This document shows, piece after piece, positions 19,836 to 31,612 of a DNA stretch of 64,000 nt. The stretch spans positions 357-64,356 of the forward strand of contig JBDHLU010000011.1 in assembly GCA_039656555.1 (NCBI GenBank), in the 5' to 3' direction. This DNA is from Gemmatimonadota bacterium (GTDB taxonomy: Bacteria; Gemmatimonadota; Gemmatimonadetes; Gemmatimonadales; GWC2-71-9). The position numbers and the translations under genes were made by a program. Each line of letters starts with the position of its first letter. The first letter of the stretch is position 1. The notes beneath the pieces are model-generated. The model worked only from the letters and a program-made list of their open reading frames with translations. It was not told the DNA's origin and ran no database searches.

Positions 19836-20333
19836 TTACATCGAATGGCGCCCGAATTCGCCAGCGCGATGACGCTGCGCCAGCGCCACATAGTGGGCGA
19901 CGGTCGAGGCAATCCGGTCGCGTAGCACCTCATCGACCGGCCGAACTACTCTCCCCGGAATTCCCAGTACCAATGATCCAGGCGGCACGGCGGTTCCTTC
20001 CGTCAACACCGCCCCAGCCCCGATCACCGACCCGGTGCCCACGTGTACGCCGTTCAGCAGAATTGCCCCCATTCCGATCAACGAATCATCTTCAACCGTA
20101 CACCCATGAAGAATGGCGCGGTGGCCGACCCCGACGCGGGCTCCGATCCGGCAAGGGATGCCCTCATCAACGTGGATCATGCTGAGATCCTGAATGTTCG
20201 TCTCTTCGCCGATGGTAATGGGTTCCATGTCGGCGCGCAGAACGCAGTTGTACCACACCGAAGCGCGGGCCCCTAACGAAACCGCTCCGAGAACCTGGGC
20301 TCCCGGAGCGATGTACGCGGATGGATCGATCAC
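19836..20333 (-). CDS. Gamma-carbonic-anhydrase-like hexapeptide-repeat protein
   Basis: Left-handed beta-helix repeats (IAPGAQVLGAVSLGARASVWYNCVLRAD ... IHVD ... HGCTVEDDSLIGMGA). GTG start. Confidence 0.8.
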   Translation of the reverse strand: MIDPSAYIAPGAQVLGAVSLGARASVWYNCVLRADMEPITIGEETNIQDLSMIHVDEGIPCRIGARVGVGHRAILHGCTVEDDSLIGMGAILLNGVHVGTGSVIGAGAVLTEGTAVPPGSLVLGIPGRVVRPVDEVLRDRIASTVAHYVALAQRHRAGEFGRHSM

Positions 20334-20342
20334 GGCCGGAAG

Positions 20343-22208
20343 CTACCGCGCCCGGCAGGTGACACGCATCCAACTCTCCACAGCCCGCCCATTCTTCTGA
20401 GCCGGGGTAAACGTCGCTTTTCGAATCTGCTGGTTGATGCCTGCCAGGAATCGCCCATTGGTGGGCCTGGTGCCACGGAAACGGAAATTCGCCACGCTGC
20501 CATCCGCCGCGACGTTAACCCACAGCTGCGCTGGCGGGGGCTTGGAGTCGCCCGGCACTTCGACCGAACACACCGCCGTCTGGGCCGGCGCGGTGGTGAA
20601 ACAATAGTCGTTCATGTTGTACCGGTCCGCTCCGGGGTTCGTGCATTGCGGCTGCGGTATCCGTTCCATGGCGATCGTGACCGGCACCGTGTCGCCGGGA
20701 TCCACCGTGACCGTCACGTCGAAATCACGATAACCAGATCGGTTGGCAACTACGCGGAGAGAGCCAGGACTGACCTGGATGATATCGCCTGCTACGGCAT
20801 TCCCGTCGACCTGGATGGTCGCTTGGGCGGGTCTGTCTTGGAGAGCCAACCAAGCTACAGTCGGGAGCGGTGGCACCGAGTCAGCACTCGCCGAATCCGC
20901 CGCCGCAGAATCATCAACAATCACAACCGCCGGAGTGGAATCCTGGCCGGGAGCGTTCGACCTGAACCCTAGACGGCTGAAATCAGGAGGCCACTCCGCA
21001 CCCATAAAAAAGTACCAGTAGCCCCCGGCACCACCTCCACCAAGAAACAGCACAAGCAGCATTCCGACCAACACCCCGCTCCGCTTCTTCTCCTTCTTGG
21101 GCACCCGCTTTTCGAGGTCTGGCACCGGGTCCGCCGCCGGGATCGGCGTCGTGGGAGTCGCCGGGAGGGTACTGGGCGGAATGGCTACCGAACCGCGTGC
21201 TGGCGAGGGCATGATCGTAGTCGGCAAGTCGGACATCGACTGTGCACGCGATACCGCGACCTGCGCAGTAGGGCGGCCTTCCAGCGCCGCCACCAGTTGA
21301 TCCGCCGTCGGGAATCGCTCATCGGGGTCCTTCGCCATCATTTTCTGAACGACTTCGAAGAGTGCCCGCTGATCGGACGTGCTGAGTTGCGGAATGGGCA
21401 ACTCCTCCATGATGTGCTTGTAGCCGATGGAAAACGCGTCTTCACCATCGTAGGGCACTTGACCTGTAAGGCACTGATAGGCGACGACACCGAGTGAATA
21501 GATGTCACTCCGCCCATCCAGAGGTTGCGCCCGTGCCTGCTCCGGACTCATGTAGTGCGGCGTGCCGATCGACATGCCAGTTCCCGTGAGTCGCGTACCA
21601 CTTGCCGCCTTGGCAATCCCAAAGTCCGTCAGGATGGCGTGCCCCATCTCGTCGAACATGATGTTGTCGGGCTTGATGTCGCGGTGCACGATCCCATTCT
21701 GGTGCGCATAACCCAAGGCGCCCGCGGTCTGCTTCAAGAACGAACGGATTTCCTCGGGTGGTATTACACCGCGTTCTTGCAGGATTTCCGACAGCGAAGA
21801 GCCGCGCAAGTATTTCATCACGAAGTAGATGACCCTGCCGGCCTTGCCTACACGATAGATGGGAATGATGTACGGGTGCTCGAGCTTGGCCGCGGTACGG
21901 GCCTCCCGCTGGAACCGTTCGACAAACTCCTTGTCGAAAGCGAGAGAGAACGGGAGAATCTTGACCGCGACTTCTCGGTCGAGGTGCTTCTCGCGGGCCT
22001 GGAACACGATGGCCATGCCTCCGCGACCCAGTTCCTTGATGATTTCGTATTCTTCCTGGAGCGCCTGGCGTACCATCTCCAACTCCGACACCTCGCTCCG
22101 CTCACCATCAGCCGAAGCGAGCGGTGTCGCCATAGCCAGATCCATCCCGCACGACGGGCAGAACTTGGATTGGTCAGCGACTTCGGTGCCGCAGCGCGCA
22201 CAGTACAC
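20343..22208 (-). CDS. Ser/Thr protein kinase: N-terminal zinc ribbon, 1 TM, periplasmic PEGA-like and TonB-C-like domains
   Basis: CARCGTEVADQSKFCPSCG. Hanks kinase motifs GRGGMAIVF...VAVK, HRDIKPDN, DFGIAK, SPEQ. TM segment VLVGMLLVLFLGG. IQVDGNAVAG...GYRDFDVTVTV (PEGA-like). C-terminal ...ATFTPAQKNGRAVESWM (TonB C-terminal-like). Confidence 0.85.
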   Translation of the reverse strand: MYCARCGTEVADQSKFCPSCGMDLAMATPLASADGERSEVSELEMVRQALQEEYEIIKELGRGGMAIVFQAREKHLDREVAVKILPFSLAFDKEFVERFQREARTAAKLEHPYIIPIYRVGKAGRVIYFVMKYLRGSSLSEILQERGVIPPEEIRSFLKQTAGALGYAHQNGIVHRDIKPDNIMFDEMGHAILTDFGIAKAASGTRLTGTGMSIGTPHYMSPEQARAQPLDGRSDIYSLGVVAYQCLTGQVPYDGEDAFSIGYKHIMEELPIPQLSTSDQRALFEVVQKMMAKDPDERFPTADQLVAALEGRPTAQVAVSRAQSMSDLPTTIMPSPARGSVAIPPSTLPATPTTPIPAADPVPDLEKRVPKKEKKRSGVLVGMLLVLFLGGGGAGGYWYFFMGAEWPPDFSRLGFRSNAPGQDSTPAVVIVDDSAAADSASADSVPPLPTVAWLALQDRPAQATIQVDGNAVAGDIIQVSPGSLRVVANRSGYRDFDVTVTVDPGDTVPVTIAMERIPQPQCTNPGADRYNMNDYCFTTAPAQTAVCSVEVPGDSKPPPAQLWVNVAADGSVANFRFRGTRPTNGRFLAGINQQIRKATFTPAQKNGRAVESWMRVTCRAR

Positions 22209-22326
22209 TGTGTGGTCCTTTCAAGAACCTTCTAGTTTTGGAAACTCAAGCACCCCTGTCAAGCAATTCGGGGGCCAGTGGAGGGGGTACCTACCCCACC
22301 GTGCATTCGCCCCTCCCGGACGTCGG

Positions 22327-25224
22327 TCAGAAAGAAGCACCAAAACTGAGATAACTCCTTACATCACCGCGGCTTACGCCGTTACCATCAGCGAGCGGTA
22401 CGGCCATTCCGAGGCGCAATCTGGTGGGCACGTCATACAGAACGCCAAGGTCCAACACCAGCTCAACTCCGGCACTTTGCAACCAATTCTGGCTCTGTTC
22501 TCCAAAGAATCTACCCGCCCCAACCTCGTAAAACGCCGTGGTGGAAAGCCGGTCCAGCACGATCGGCAGGTACCACGTCCCCTTGGCTACATTCGCCAGC
22601 GGGATCCGGAGTTCGAACAAGTTGACCCACGCTCGATCGTACCCTCCCACCCTTGGGTACCCGCGCATGGCGAACGCGCGCCGGCCCGGCCCCAGTACGA
22701 CGCCCGGCGCAAGCTGGAAGATGTCGCCTGACGCACCACCGATCGACAGGCTCGCAGGTAGCGTCCCCCCAGTCACGCCAAGCGACGACCGAGCTGCCAC
22801 CACCCAGTGCGCAAACCCGGGAAACCCCAGCGCCAAGTACCCGGCCAGAGTGCCGCGGGCTTCATACGACCAGTCGGCGTCACTCAAACTCTGGCGCACC
22901 CGGTATAGTCCGTCCAGTTGAAATCCGTTCTCGGGAGAGATCGCAAGGGCGGGCCGCTCTCGGCGGAACATGTTGGCGCTCACCGTGGCGGTAACGAAGG
23001 TCGGTGAATCGAAAAACCGGGCCCCGTCAGCAAGCTCGTCGAAGTACGACGTTTCTTCCAGACCGCCAGCGAATCGGATTGCGTAACCGTTTCGCCACCA
23101 CCGCTTGCGCAACGTCGTGCCGACGGTGACCTCTCGCTCACGCTCACCAATCGGCGCAAGGAGTCCGTTTGAGGTTCGGAAAAGCGACCCGGACCACGAC
23201 TGGCTCAGCGCACCATCGATGACGGCGCCCTTCCAACGTTGATGTGCGACGAACAGTATGCCTTCGAATCGCCCGCGATTGGGTGCGATCGACGCCGACG
23301 CGAAATACGAATTCCGCCCGATCGCGTCACTCGACGAGGTGAGCGCGCCAAAGAAAGTGCCCGTTTCGTGTGCAACATGGAGTGTCGGATTCCAATAGCG
23401 GGGAACCAATGCAGGCCACGGGTTGAACCCATTCCCTGCTTGACTTGAAGCCGTTGGGGCCTCGGCGACGGGCGTCGGCGAGGACGCCGGAGCACGAACG
23501 TCGATCAACTGATCGGCAGTGAGATGCCCGATCGCTATCCCATCAAAAAGCGTAGTCGTGAACAGCAAACTCCCGTCCATCAACATCTGCGGTTCACGCG
23601 CGCCGAACGGTTCATCAGTGATCCGAACCACGGACTCTTGGGCGCGGTCGTATCGGTACACTTGGGGGAGCCCCGTCACTTCGGACACGAACAGCAAAGC
23701 ATTTCCGTTGGGCGACCACACGGGGTCGGCGATCAGTGACTCGCCGAACAGAATCCGAGTCGGTACCGAGTGCTGTTCACGCTGCCATAGGTAGAGCGAT
23801 CGCCGGCCATCCTGTATGGCCACGCCCGCAAACCAGTCGCCACGGCTGGCCAGTTGCGTCCATTCGGCATTCACAGGAACCGGGAGCGCTCGATGCTCGC
23901 CGCTCGGGTCGATGATCACCGGGCGCCGGTGACCCTCGCCGACATCGATCGCACCGATACCGCCGTCGGGAAGCCGGAACGGTTCGGTCAATCGCTCGGT
24001 ATCGGGAATGAGATGCCACCCCGCGTCGCCCCAGCGATACAACCGGCTCCGAATGGTCACGGCGTTCAGGTACTGGTATTGTGCGATGACTACGTCGTGC
24101 ATGTCCCAATTCAACCGAACACCGGCGTTCACCCTGTGCGATCGCTGCTTGCGCCCCTCGAGCGAACGCACGACCACGGTCGCATCGTGCCTCCCGTCTT
24201 CATGGACGTATGCGTATTGCGAACCGTCTGGGCTCATTCTCGGGTTTGGGGGAGCCCGAAGGCCTCGCACCAGAAGGTTTGCTTGCGACCTTTGGTCCGG
24301 TGCAGCGATCTCCCGTTCGAGACCGTCCCACCCCTCGTTGACCGACGTGCCCCCGGCTTCCTGCAAGGGGCTGGCAACGGTCAACGGCCACAGCTTGGCC
24401 GCCGACCGCTCGAAGAACCTCGGGACGACAGAATCCCCGTTCATTTGCGTTTGGTGTTCGAAGAACCGCCCGCCCCAGGCATACGCTCGCTGGCCTCCCG
24501 GCCATTTCGGCGCCACCAGCGTGGCATCTTCGGAGGTTGGCCACCGGCCCGTGGACTCGGCCGCCGTCAACAACTGAGTATGAAACGCCCCGGTCACACG
24601 CCCCGCCGACGTGAATCGTGATTCGTAATACGTCGCCACCCCTTCCTTCACCCACGACGACCGGTACGCGTTCGGGAACAGCCACGGCGCCCGTCCGAAC
24701 ACATATTGCAGACCGCGCCAGACCCCACGGGTACGGTCCAGATGGAACAGATGCGTAAGCTCATGCACCAAAACCACGCGCAGCCATTCGTCGTAGTACG
24801 ATAGGGCCGCGTTGGTTGCCGGCTGGGGCAGAAACACCAGGAGCCGATTCGAGGGGAATACCGTGGCCGCGCCGTTGCTGAAGTCGACATTGTCAAACAC
24901 CGACAGGTCGATGATACCGCGGGGCGGCACCAATTCCGTGGCTAGCAGGGTGTAGGCGCGTTCCGCCTCGTCAATCACATGCTGCGCCAGGTCAGACAGT
25001 TCGGCGGGAAGGTGGACCCGAAAATGCTCACTCTGCCACGTGATCCAGCTACCCGACGGGTCGATCTGGGCGTCCGCGTGGGCCGGGCCGGAGAGAAGAA
25101 CGCCCACCGTCACACCTGCGGCCCTTGCCAGCCGGGCAAACCGGCCGGCAACCGCAACGGCGCGAGATCGGAAGCGGACCGGAATGATGGGCAACGGGCA
25201 CCCCAGGAATCGGATCGAAATCAC
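22327..25224 (-). CDS. Outer-membrane protein: MA-type zinc metallopeptidase-like domain + PD40/TolB-like beta-propeller + Omp85-family beta-barrel
   Basis: Signal-peptide-like N-terminus (...LLSGPAHADAQ). HELTHLFH (HExxH, about 24.75 kb). PD40-like repeats (MSPDGSQYAY, WSPNGNALLF). Barrel motifs MRGYPRVGGY...ELRIPL and terminal ...YLSFGASF. The exact start (GTG 25224) is uncertain. Confidence 0.7.
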   Translation of the reverse strand: MISIRFLGCPLPIIPVRFRSRAVAVAGRFARLARAAGVTVGVLLSGPAHADAQIDPSGSWITWQSEHFRVHLPAELSDLAQHVIDEAERAYTLLATELVPPRGIIDLSVFDNVDFSNGAATVFPSNRLLVFLPQPATNAALSYYDEWLRVVLVHELTHLFHLDRTRGVWRGLQYVFGRAPWLFPNAYRSSWVKEGVATYYESRFTSAGRVTGAFHTQLLTAAESTGRWPTSEDATLVAPKWPGGQRAYAWGGRFFEHQTQMNGDSVVPRFFERSAAKLWPLTVASPLQEAGGTSVNEGWDGLEREIAAPDQRSQANLLVRGLRAPPNPRMSPDGSQYAYVHEDGRHDATVVVRSLEGRKQRSHRVNAGVRLNWDMHDVVIAQYQYLNAVTIRSRLYRWGDAGWHLIPDTERLTEPFRLPDGGIGAIDVGEGHRRPVIIDPSGEHRALPVPVNAEWTQLASRGDWFAGVAIQDGRRSLYLWQREQHSVPTRILFGESLIADPVWSPNGNALLFVSEVTGLPQVYRYDRAQESVVRITDEPFGAREPQMLMDGSLLFTTTLFDGIAIGHLTADQLIDVRAPASSPTPVAEAPTASSQAGNGFNPWPALVPRYWNPTLHVAHETGTFFGALTSSSDAIGRNSYFASASIAPNRGRFEGILFVAHQRWKGAVIDGALSQSWSGSLFRTSNGLLAPIGEREREVTVGTTLRKRWWRNGYAIRFAGGLEETSYFDELADGARFFDSPTFVTATVSANMFRRERPALAISPENGFQLDGLYRVRQSLSDADWSYEARGTLAGYLALGFPGFAHWVVAARSSLGVTGGTLPASLSIGGASGDIFQLAPGVVLGPGRRAFAMRGYPRVGGYDRAWVNLFELRIPLANVAKGTWYLPIVLDRLSTTAFYEVGAGRFFGEQSQNWLQSAGVELVLDLGVLYDVPTRLRLGMAVPLADGNGVSRGDVRSYLSFGASF

Positions 25225-25422
25225 GGGTGGCGGGATCGCGGAACCTACACAATGGCAATGAGCTACGCCAATTCTACGACGGTTGCCCGGCTCCTGAGCG
25301 AGGTGTAAATTGGCTCCAATTACGCCGCTTTTGCCCGTGTCTTACCTGGTCACAAGACCCAAGTGGGGAAACGGGAATCAGCGCCTGACTTATTTCCTGC
25401 CCAAGGCGAGAGGAGCTAGCGT

Positions 25423-26324
25423 GTGACGGGACCGATTCAGCGGACTGGCGGAGGCCCGCCCGGACGCTCGATGTCGCAGGTCACTTGTGCTTCCTGCGGC
25501 GCCACGTCCGTCGTCGGCCTTCCATTTTGCCCTTCGTGCGGCAAGAAGCTCACGACCCCGACCGAAGGACGGTCGTGCCCAAGGTGTGGAACGGCCGCGC
25601 CCGAAGATCGAAAATACTGTCCGGCCTGTGGGCAGGGACTCGACGGCGCCCTGCGCCCGTCCGAAGCCGCGGTGCTCACGGCATCCCAATACGTCATCAC
25701 ACTCATCGACGAGAACGGCGAAGCCCTCAGTCGTCACCCGCTCAAGGCTGGCGAGACGACCATCGGGCGCGAAGGCGCCGACATGGAATTCACGGATGAC
25801 CCGTATCTCTCGCCCGTCCACCTCAAGTTCACCGCGAGGCCCGACGAGCTGGTGGTGCGCGATCTGGGCAGCCGGAACGGCACCTGGGTGTTCCTCACCG
25901 AACCCCACAGACTGAATGACGGTGACAGGATCCTGCTTGGATCACAGGTCCTGGAATACCGCCGCCTCGGGTATCCCGGCCCGCATCCACCGGAGCGCGA
26001 CGCGACGCGGCGACTCGGCTCGCTGGTTCCAAGTGCCGACATTGCCAAGCTGACCCAGATGCGAAGCGACGGTTCCGAACGCGACATCATGCATCTGTCT
26101 CCCGGACGCGATGTCACGCTAGGACGAGAAGAAGGGGATTGGATCTTCCCGTACGACCCTTCGATGAGCGGTCGCCATGCCGAGATCCGTTCTGAAGACG
26201 CGGACTTCGTTTTGATGGATGCTGGAAGCCGCAACGGCGTGGCCGTTGCCGCACGTGGAGACGTGCCGTCGCCGCTGGGTACGCGAATGCTCGCGGGCGA
26301 CAAGATGCTGCGGATTGACGTCGC

Positions 26325-26328
<4 letters not shown>
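25423..26328 (+). CDS. Double zinc-ribbon protein with two FHA domains
   Basis: CASCG-x11-CPSCG and CPRCG-x10-CPACG, then two FHA cores (TIGREGADMEF...SPVHLKF...DLGSRNGTWV and TLGREEGDWIF...SGRHAEI...DAGSRNGVAV). GTG at 25423 is preceded by GAGAGGAG; ATG at 25471 is the alternative. Confidence 0.8.
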
Positions 26329-28021
<1,693 letters not shown>

Positions 28022-28034
<13 letters not shown>

Positions 28035-29029
28035 GCCTCTTCGGATCGAAGAACAGCGGCATCAACATCACCGTCTTTGGCAAGACGGACGTCGGTCGCA
28101 CGCGCGACCACAACGAAGACTGCTTCATCGTCGCCGATCTCTCGCGTCAGGCAGCGTCACTGCAACCCGACGTGCGCGAACATCACGTTGGCCCCAGAGG
28201 CACCTTGCTCCTCATCGCGGACGGGATGGGTGGGGCGGCGGCCGGTGAGCACATGATCACCAGCTGGACCAAGGACGAAGACAAGGGACCCCAGCAGTTC
28301 GCCTTCCGACTCAAGGAGGCCGTCGAGTCGGCGAACGCCAAGATCCACCAATACGCGCAAGACCACCCCGACCTCCGTGGAATGGGAACCACGACCACGG
28401 CGGTCGGCGTGCTGGGCGACCAGCTCTATCTGACCCAGGTGGGTGACTCGCGCGCCTATCTGGTACGCAACGGCGAGGGTATTCAGCTCACCAAAGACCA
28501 GTCCCTCATGCAACGCTTGGTCGACGCCGGTGAGTTGACGGAAGAAGAAGCGGAGCAGTCGGAACGCCGCAACATCATTCTCCAGGCACTCGGCCCCGAC
28601 CCCAAGGTGCGCGTCGACCTCACAAATCAACAGATCAGAGAAGGCGATGCGGTCGTGTTGTGCTCGGATGGGTTGTCCGGCCAGATGACCCGCGATGAGA
28701 TCACGCAAACCGTCGCCCAAGACGGCAAGGATTTGATGCAAATCTGTGGGGAACTCATCGAGCTTGCCAACGAGCGCGGCGGCCCGGATAACATCACGGT
28801 CGTGGTGGCACGGTTCGGTGGGACGCAGCTGAAAGCAGCATCCGATGGCGACGAGGCCGGGCACCAGATATACCCGCTTCTCGATCCTGAATCGACGACC
28901 GAGCCGGTGCCGATCTACCGCGGAAGCCCTCCCCCCACACCGGAGAACAAGGCAGAGATGATCTGGTCGGGCGGAATTGCGGCGTTGGTAACCGCGCTCG
29001 GACTGTTCTTTTCGACCATCGGGTTCTAG
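28022..29029 (+). CDS. PP2C-family Ser/Thr phosphatase with C-terminal TM anchor
   Basis: GKTDVGRTRDHNEDCF, ADGMGG, LCSDGL, GGPDNITVVV. C-terminal hydrophobic segment. Start is GTG 28022 or GTG 28031 (GTGA overlap with the kinase stop). Confidence 0.85.
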
Positions 29030-29035
29030 GACGTC

Positions 29036-30514
29036 GTGAAGCCGCAGCTCAAGGTTCTGAAGGGAGCACGAAGCGGCCACACCGAGGTTTTTTCGAAGTC
29101 ACCGATTGCCTTGGGACGCCACCCGGCCTCCGACCTGCAATTCGATCCCGATCACGACCTGCAGGTGTCCGCGCGCCACGCACTTGTCGTGCAGCGTGAC
29201 ATCCACTGGTATATTCGGGACGCCGGAAGCCGCAACGGGACGTTTATCAACGGTCATCGCATCACGATTGACACCAAGTTGGACGACACCGACCAGATTC
29301 GCCTCGGCGATGCGAATGGACCTGTCATCGAGGTTCGCCTCGTCCCCGACGGGACCCCAGCCGGCATCAAGGCCAGCGCGCAGCCCGTGCCGGCGACGGA
29401 GGAACCCACAGTCCCTATCGATCAAGGCGAGGTCCGGGCACCCAGACCGACAGCTGCCGGGCGCCAGGCGGAGCCGGAGGACGCAACGAACGAACCGGGG
29501 ACGGCGCGACCCTCTACCACTTCGGAGCGCATTCGGGTCGAGGTCGGGGCACAGACGCGTAAGCTCCGCGCGCTGACCTTAGTCGCTTTCGTGTTGCTCG
29601 CCGGCGCGGCCACCGCTTTCGTGGTGATCAACCAACGACAGAATGCTGCAGGCCGTGCCGAGGTTATCGCCATTCGTGCGCGGACGGATAGCCTCCTCTC
29701 CGCTGCCGACCAGGTGATGCGCGACCTCCAGGGCCAAGTCGAGGGACTCGAGATTCGACTGCGTGAGTCCCATACCGCGGTCTCGAATCTCCAGGGCGAA
29801 CTCGATGTAGCCCAGGAAACGGGGTCGGATGCCGAAGTCGACGAACTGAAGTTGCAGCTAGCCGATGCAACCCAAGCGCTTGCCTACCAGCAGGCCGCGG
29901 CACGCATTGATTACTCCAGCTTGGTGGGACAGAACCAACTAGCCGTCGCCATGATCTGGGCAAAATACGCTGATCAAACCGTCCAAGTGGGAACCGCATT
30001 TGCGGTTCGGTCAAACGCGCTCCTCATCACCAACCGTCATGTCGTTGCCGGCGAGAGTGGTACCCGTCGCCCCATCGAACTCGCCGTCAAATTTGCTGAT
30101 TCACGCCAGGTCTGGCACGCGCGCGTTCTCACCGTCTCGAACGAGGTCGATTTGGCTGTCATCCAAGTCGACGGGATTGCCAACGAGATTCAGACGGTTC
30201 GTGGTTTCGGCGGTCGACCACAACAGGGTGACCCTGTCGTAATCATTGGGTTTCCCCTGGGCTCCGAACTCCCGGGAGCCAGTGACAACCAGATTGCGAG
30301 GACGACGTTCACAGCGGGTTCGGTCTCGAAAATCCTGCCAGACATGATCCAGTTCGACGGATACGGCGTGCAGGGCGCGAGCGGAAGCCCGATTTTCGAT
30401 CGAAACGGGAACGTCATTGCGGTGTTGTATGGTGGAGAACCGGGAAGTTCGGGACGGATCGTCTACGGTGTCCCGTCGCGGTACGTCGTGCAGTTACTGA
30501 ACTCGCTCCCCTAA
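29036..30514 (+). CDS. FHA domain - TM - coiled coil - trypsin-like (S1/HtrA-like) serine protease fusion
   Basis: FHA core (IALGRHPASDLQF...SARHALV...DAGSRNGTFING). TM segment LTLVAFVLLAGAATAFVVI. Heptad-like region. Catalytic-triad contexts ITNRHVV (His), EVDLAVIQV (Asp), GASGSPIF (Ser). Confidence 0.8.
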   Translation: MKPQLKVLKGARSGHTEVFSKSPIALGRHPASDLQFDPDHDLQVSARHALVVQRDIHWYIRDAGSRNGTFINGHRITIDTKLDDTDQIRLGDANGPVIEVRLVPDGTPAGIKASAQPVPATEEPTVPIDQGEVRAPRPTAAGRQAEPEDATNEPGTARPSTTSERIRVEVGAQTRKLRALTLVAFVLLAGAATAFVVINQRQNAAGRAEVIAIRARTDSLLSAADQVMRDLQGQVEGLEIRLRESHTAVSNLQGELDVAQETGSDAEVDELKLQLADATQALAYQQAAARIDYSSLVGQNQLAVAMIWAKYADQTVQVGTAFAVRSNALLITNRHVVAGESGTRRPIELAVKFADSRQVWHARVLTVSNEVDLAVIQVDGIANEIQTVRGFGGRPQQGDPVVIIGFPLGSELPGASDNQIARTTFTAGSVSKILPDMIQFDGYGVQGASGSPIFDRNGNVIAVLYGGEPGSSGRIVYGVPSRYVVQLLNSLP

Positions 30515-30517
30515 ATC

Positions 30518-31612
30518 CTACCCCGTCACCAATCCCAACACCCTTGGACCTCTGGCCCCGGTCGCAGCAGGAACGTTGCCGGCCAGTCCGTGCGTGGTGC
30601 GCCAAGCAAGGTAGGCGAAGGCGACGGCTTCCTTCGCATCGCCGTCGAAGAACAGATCGCCAAACGATCGAATGGAGTGATTGCCAAGCTGGACGTGCAA
30701 CGCATCCATGAGCGCAGGGTTCTGCGCACCCCCGCCGGATACTACGACCTCCCCAGCGGCCGGTACCCAACGTTGAATTTGCGTGGCAATGCTCTCAGCA
30801 ACCACCGCTACCGCCGTCGCAACGTCGTCGTCATCGCCACCGTTCGACCTCGCCTGTAGCTCGCGCGCAAAAGGGTCTCCGAACACTTCACGACCCGTGC
30901 TCTTCGGCGGCGGTGATTCGAAGTAGCTGTGTGACAACGCCCATGCGACTGCCCCTGGGTCCGCTGACCCCCGTCGCGCTCGTTCGCCGTCGTGATCGTA
31001 CTCCACGTTGGGATCGACCAAACGTGTAATCCCATCGATAATCGCCACTCCCGGCCCAGTATCGAACGCCACCAGATCATCGAGCGCACCGGTTTGACGG
31101 ACCCATGTTGCGTTGGCCATGCCCCCGATGTTGAGGAGTATTCGGGGAGTGTCGGATCCGAAGAGCATTGCGTCGGCCATTGGGACCAGGGGTGCCCCCT
31201 GACCACCGGCGGCAATGTCGCCGCTCCGAAAATCGCTCACCACTCGAAGCCCCAGCCGTTCGGCCAGCACGCTGGCGTTGCCGACCTGGAGGCTGGCTTT
31301 ACCGGGCACGTGCCAAATCGTTTGGCCGTGCGACCCCACCACGTCCACCGTGCCGATCTCCACTGAGGCACGTTCACAGAGCGCTCGAGCCGCATCGGCG
31401 AACCTCTCTGCCAACAACACGTCTAGCGCAGCAAGTTCGCGAGCACCGCCATCGACAATTGCTTCGCGAATCAGGCGGCGATCACTCGGGGCGTATAATT
31501 GCGAGGCGAACCCGCACAGCTCCACTGAGCGTTCACCATGGATGCGCACGAGCGCCACGTCCACGCCGTCGAGCGACGTGCCAGACATGATACCGAGTGC
31601 GAGAGACGTCAC
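30518..31612 (-). CDS. anmK: Anhydro-N-acetylmuramic acid kinase
   Basis: LGIMSGTSLDGVDVALV N-terminal signature; 364 aa. GTGA overlap with the murQ stop. Confidence 0.9.
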   Translation of the reverse strand: MTSLALGIMSGTSLDGVDVALVRIHGERSVELCGFASQLYAPSDRRLIREAIVDGGARELAALDVLLAERFADAARALCERASVEIGTVDVVGSHGQTIWHVPGKASLQVGNASVLAERLGLRVVSDFRSGDIAAGGQGAPLVPMADAMLFGSDTPRILLNIGGMANATWVRQTGALDDLVAFDTGPGVAIIDGITRLVDPNVEYDHDGERARRGSADPGAVAWALSHSYFESPPPKSTGREVFGDPFARELQARSNGGDDDDVATAVAVVAESIATQIQRWVPAAGEVVVSGGGAQNPALMDALHVQLGNHSIRSFGDLFFDGDAKEAVAFAYLAWRTTHGLAGNVPAATGARGPRVLGLVTG

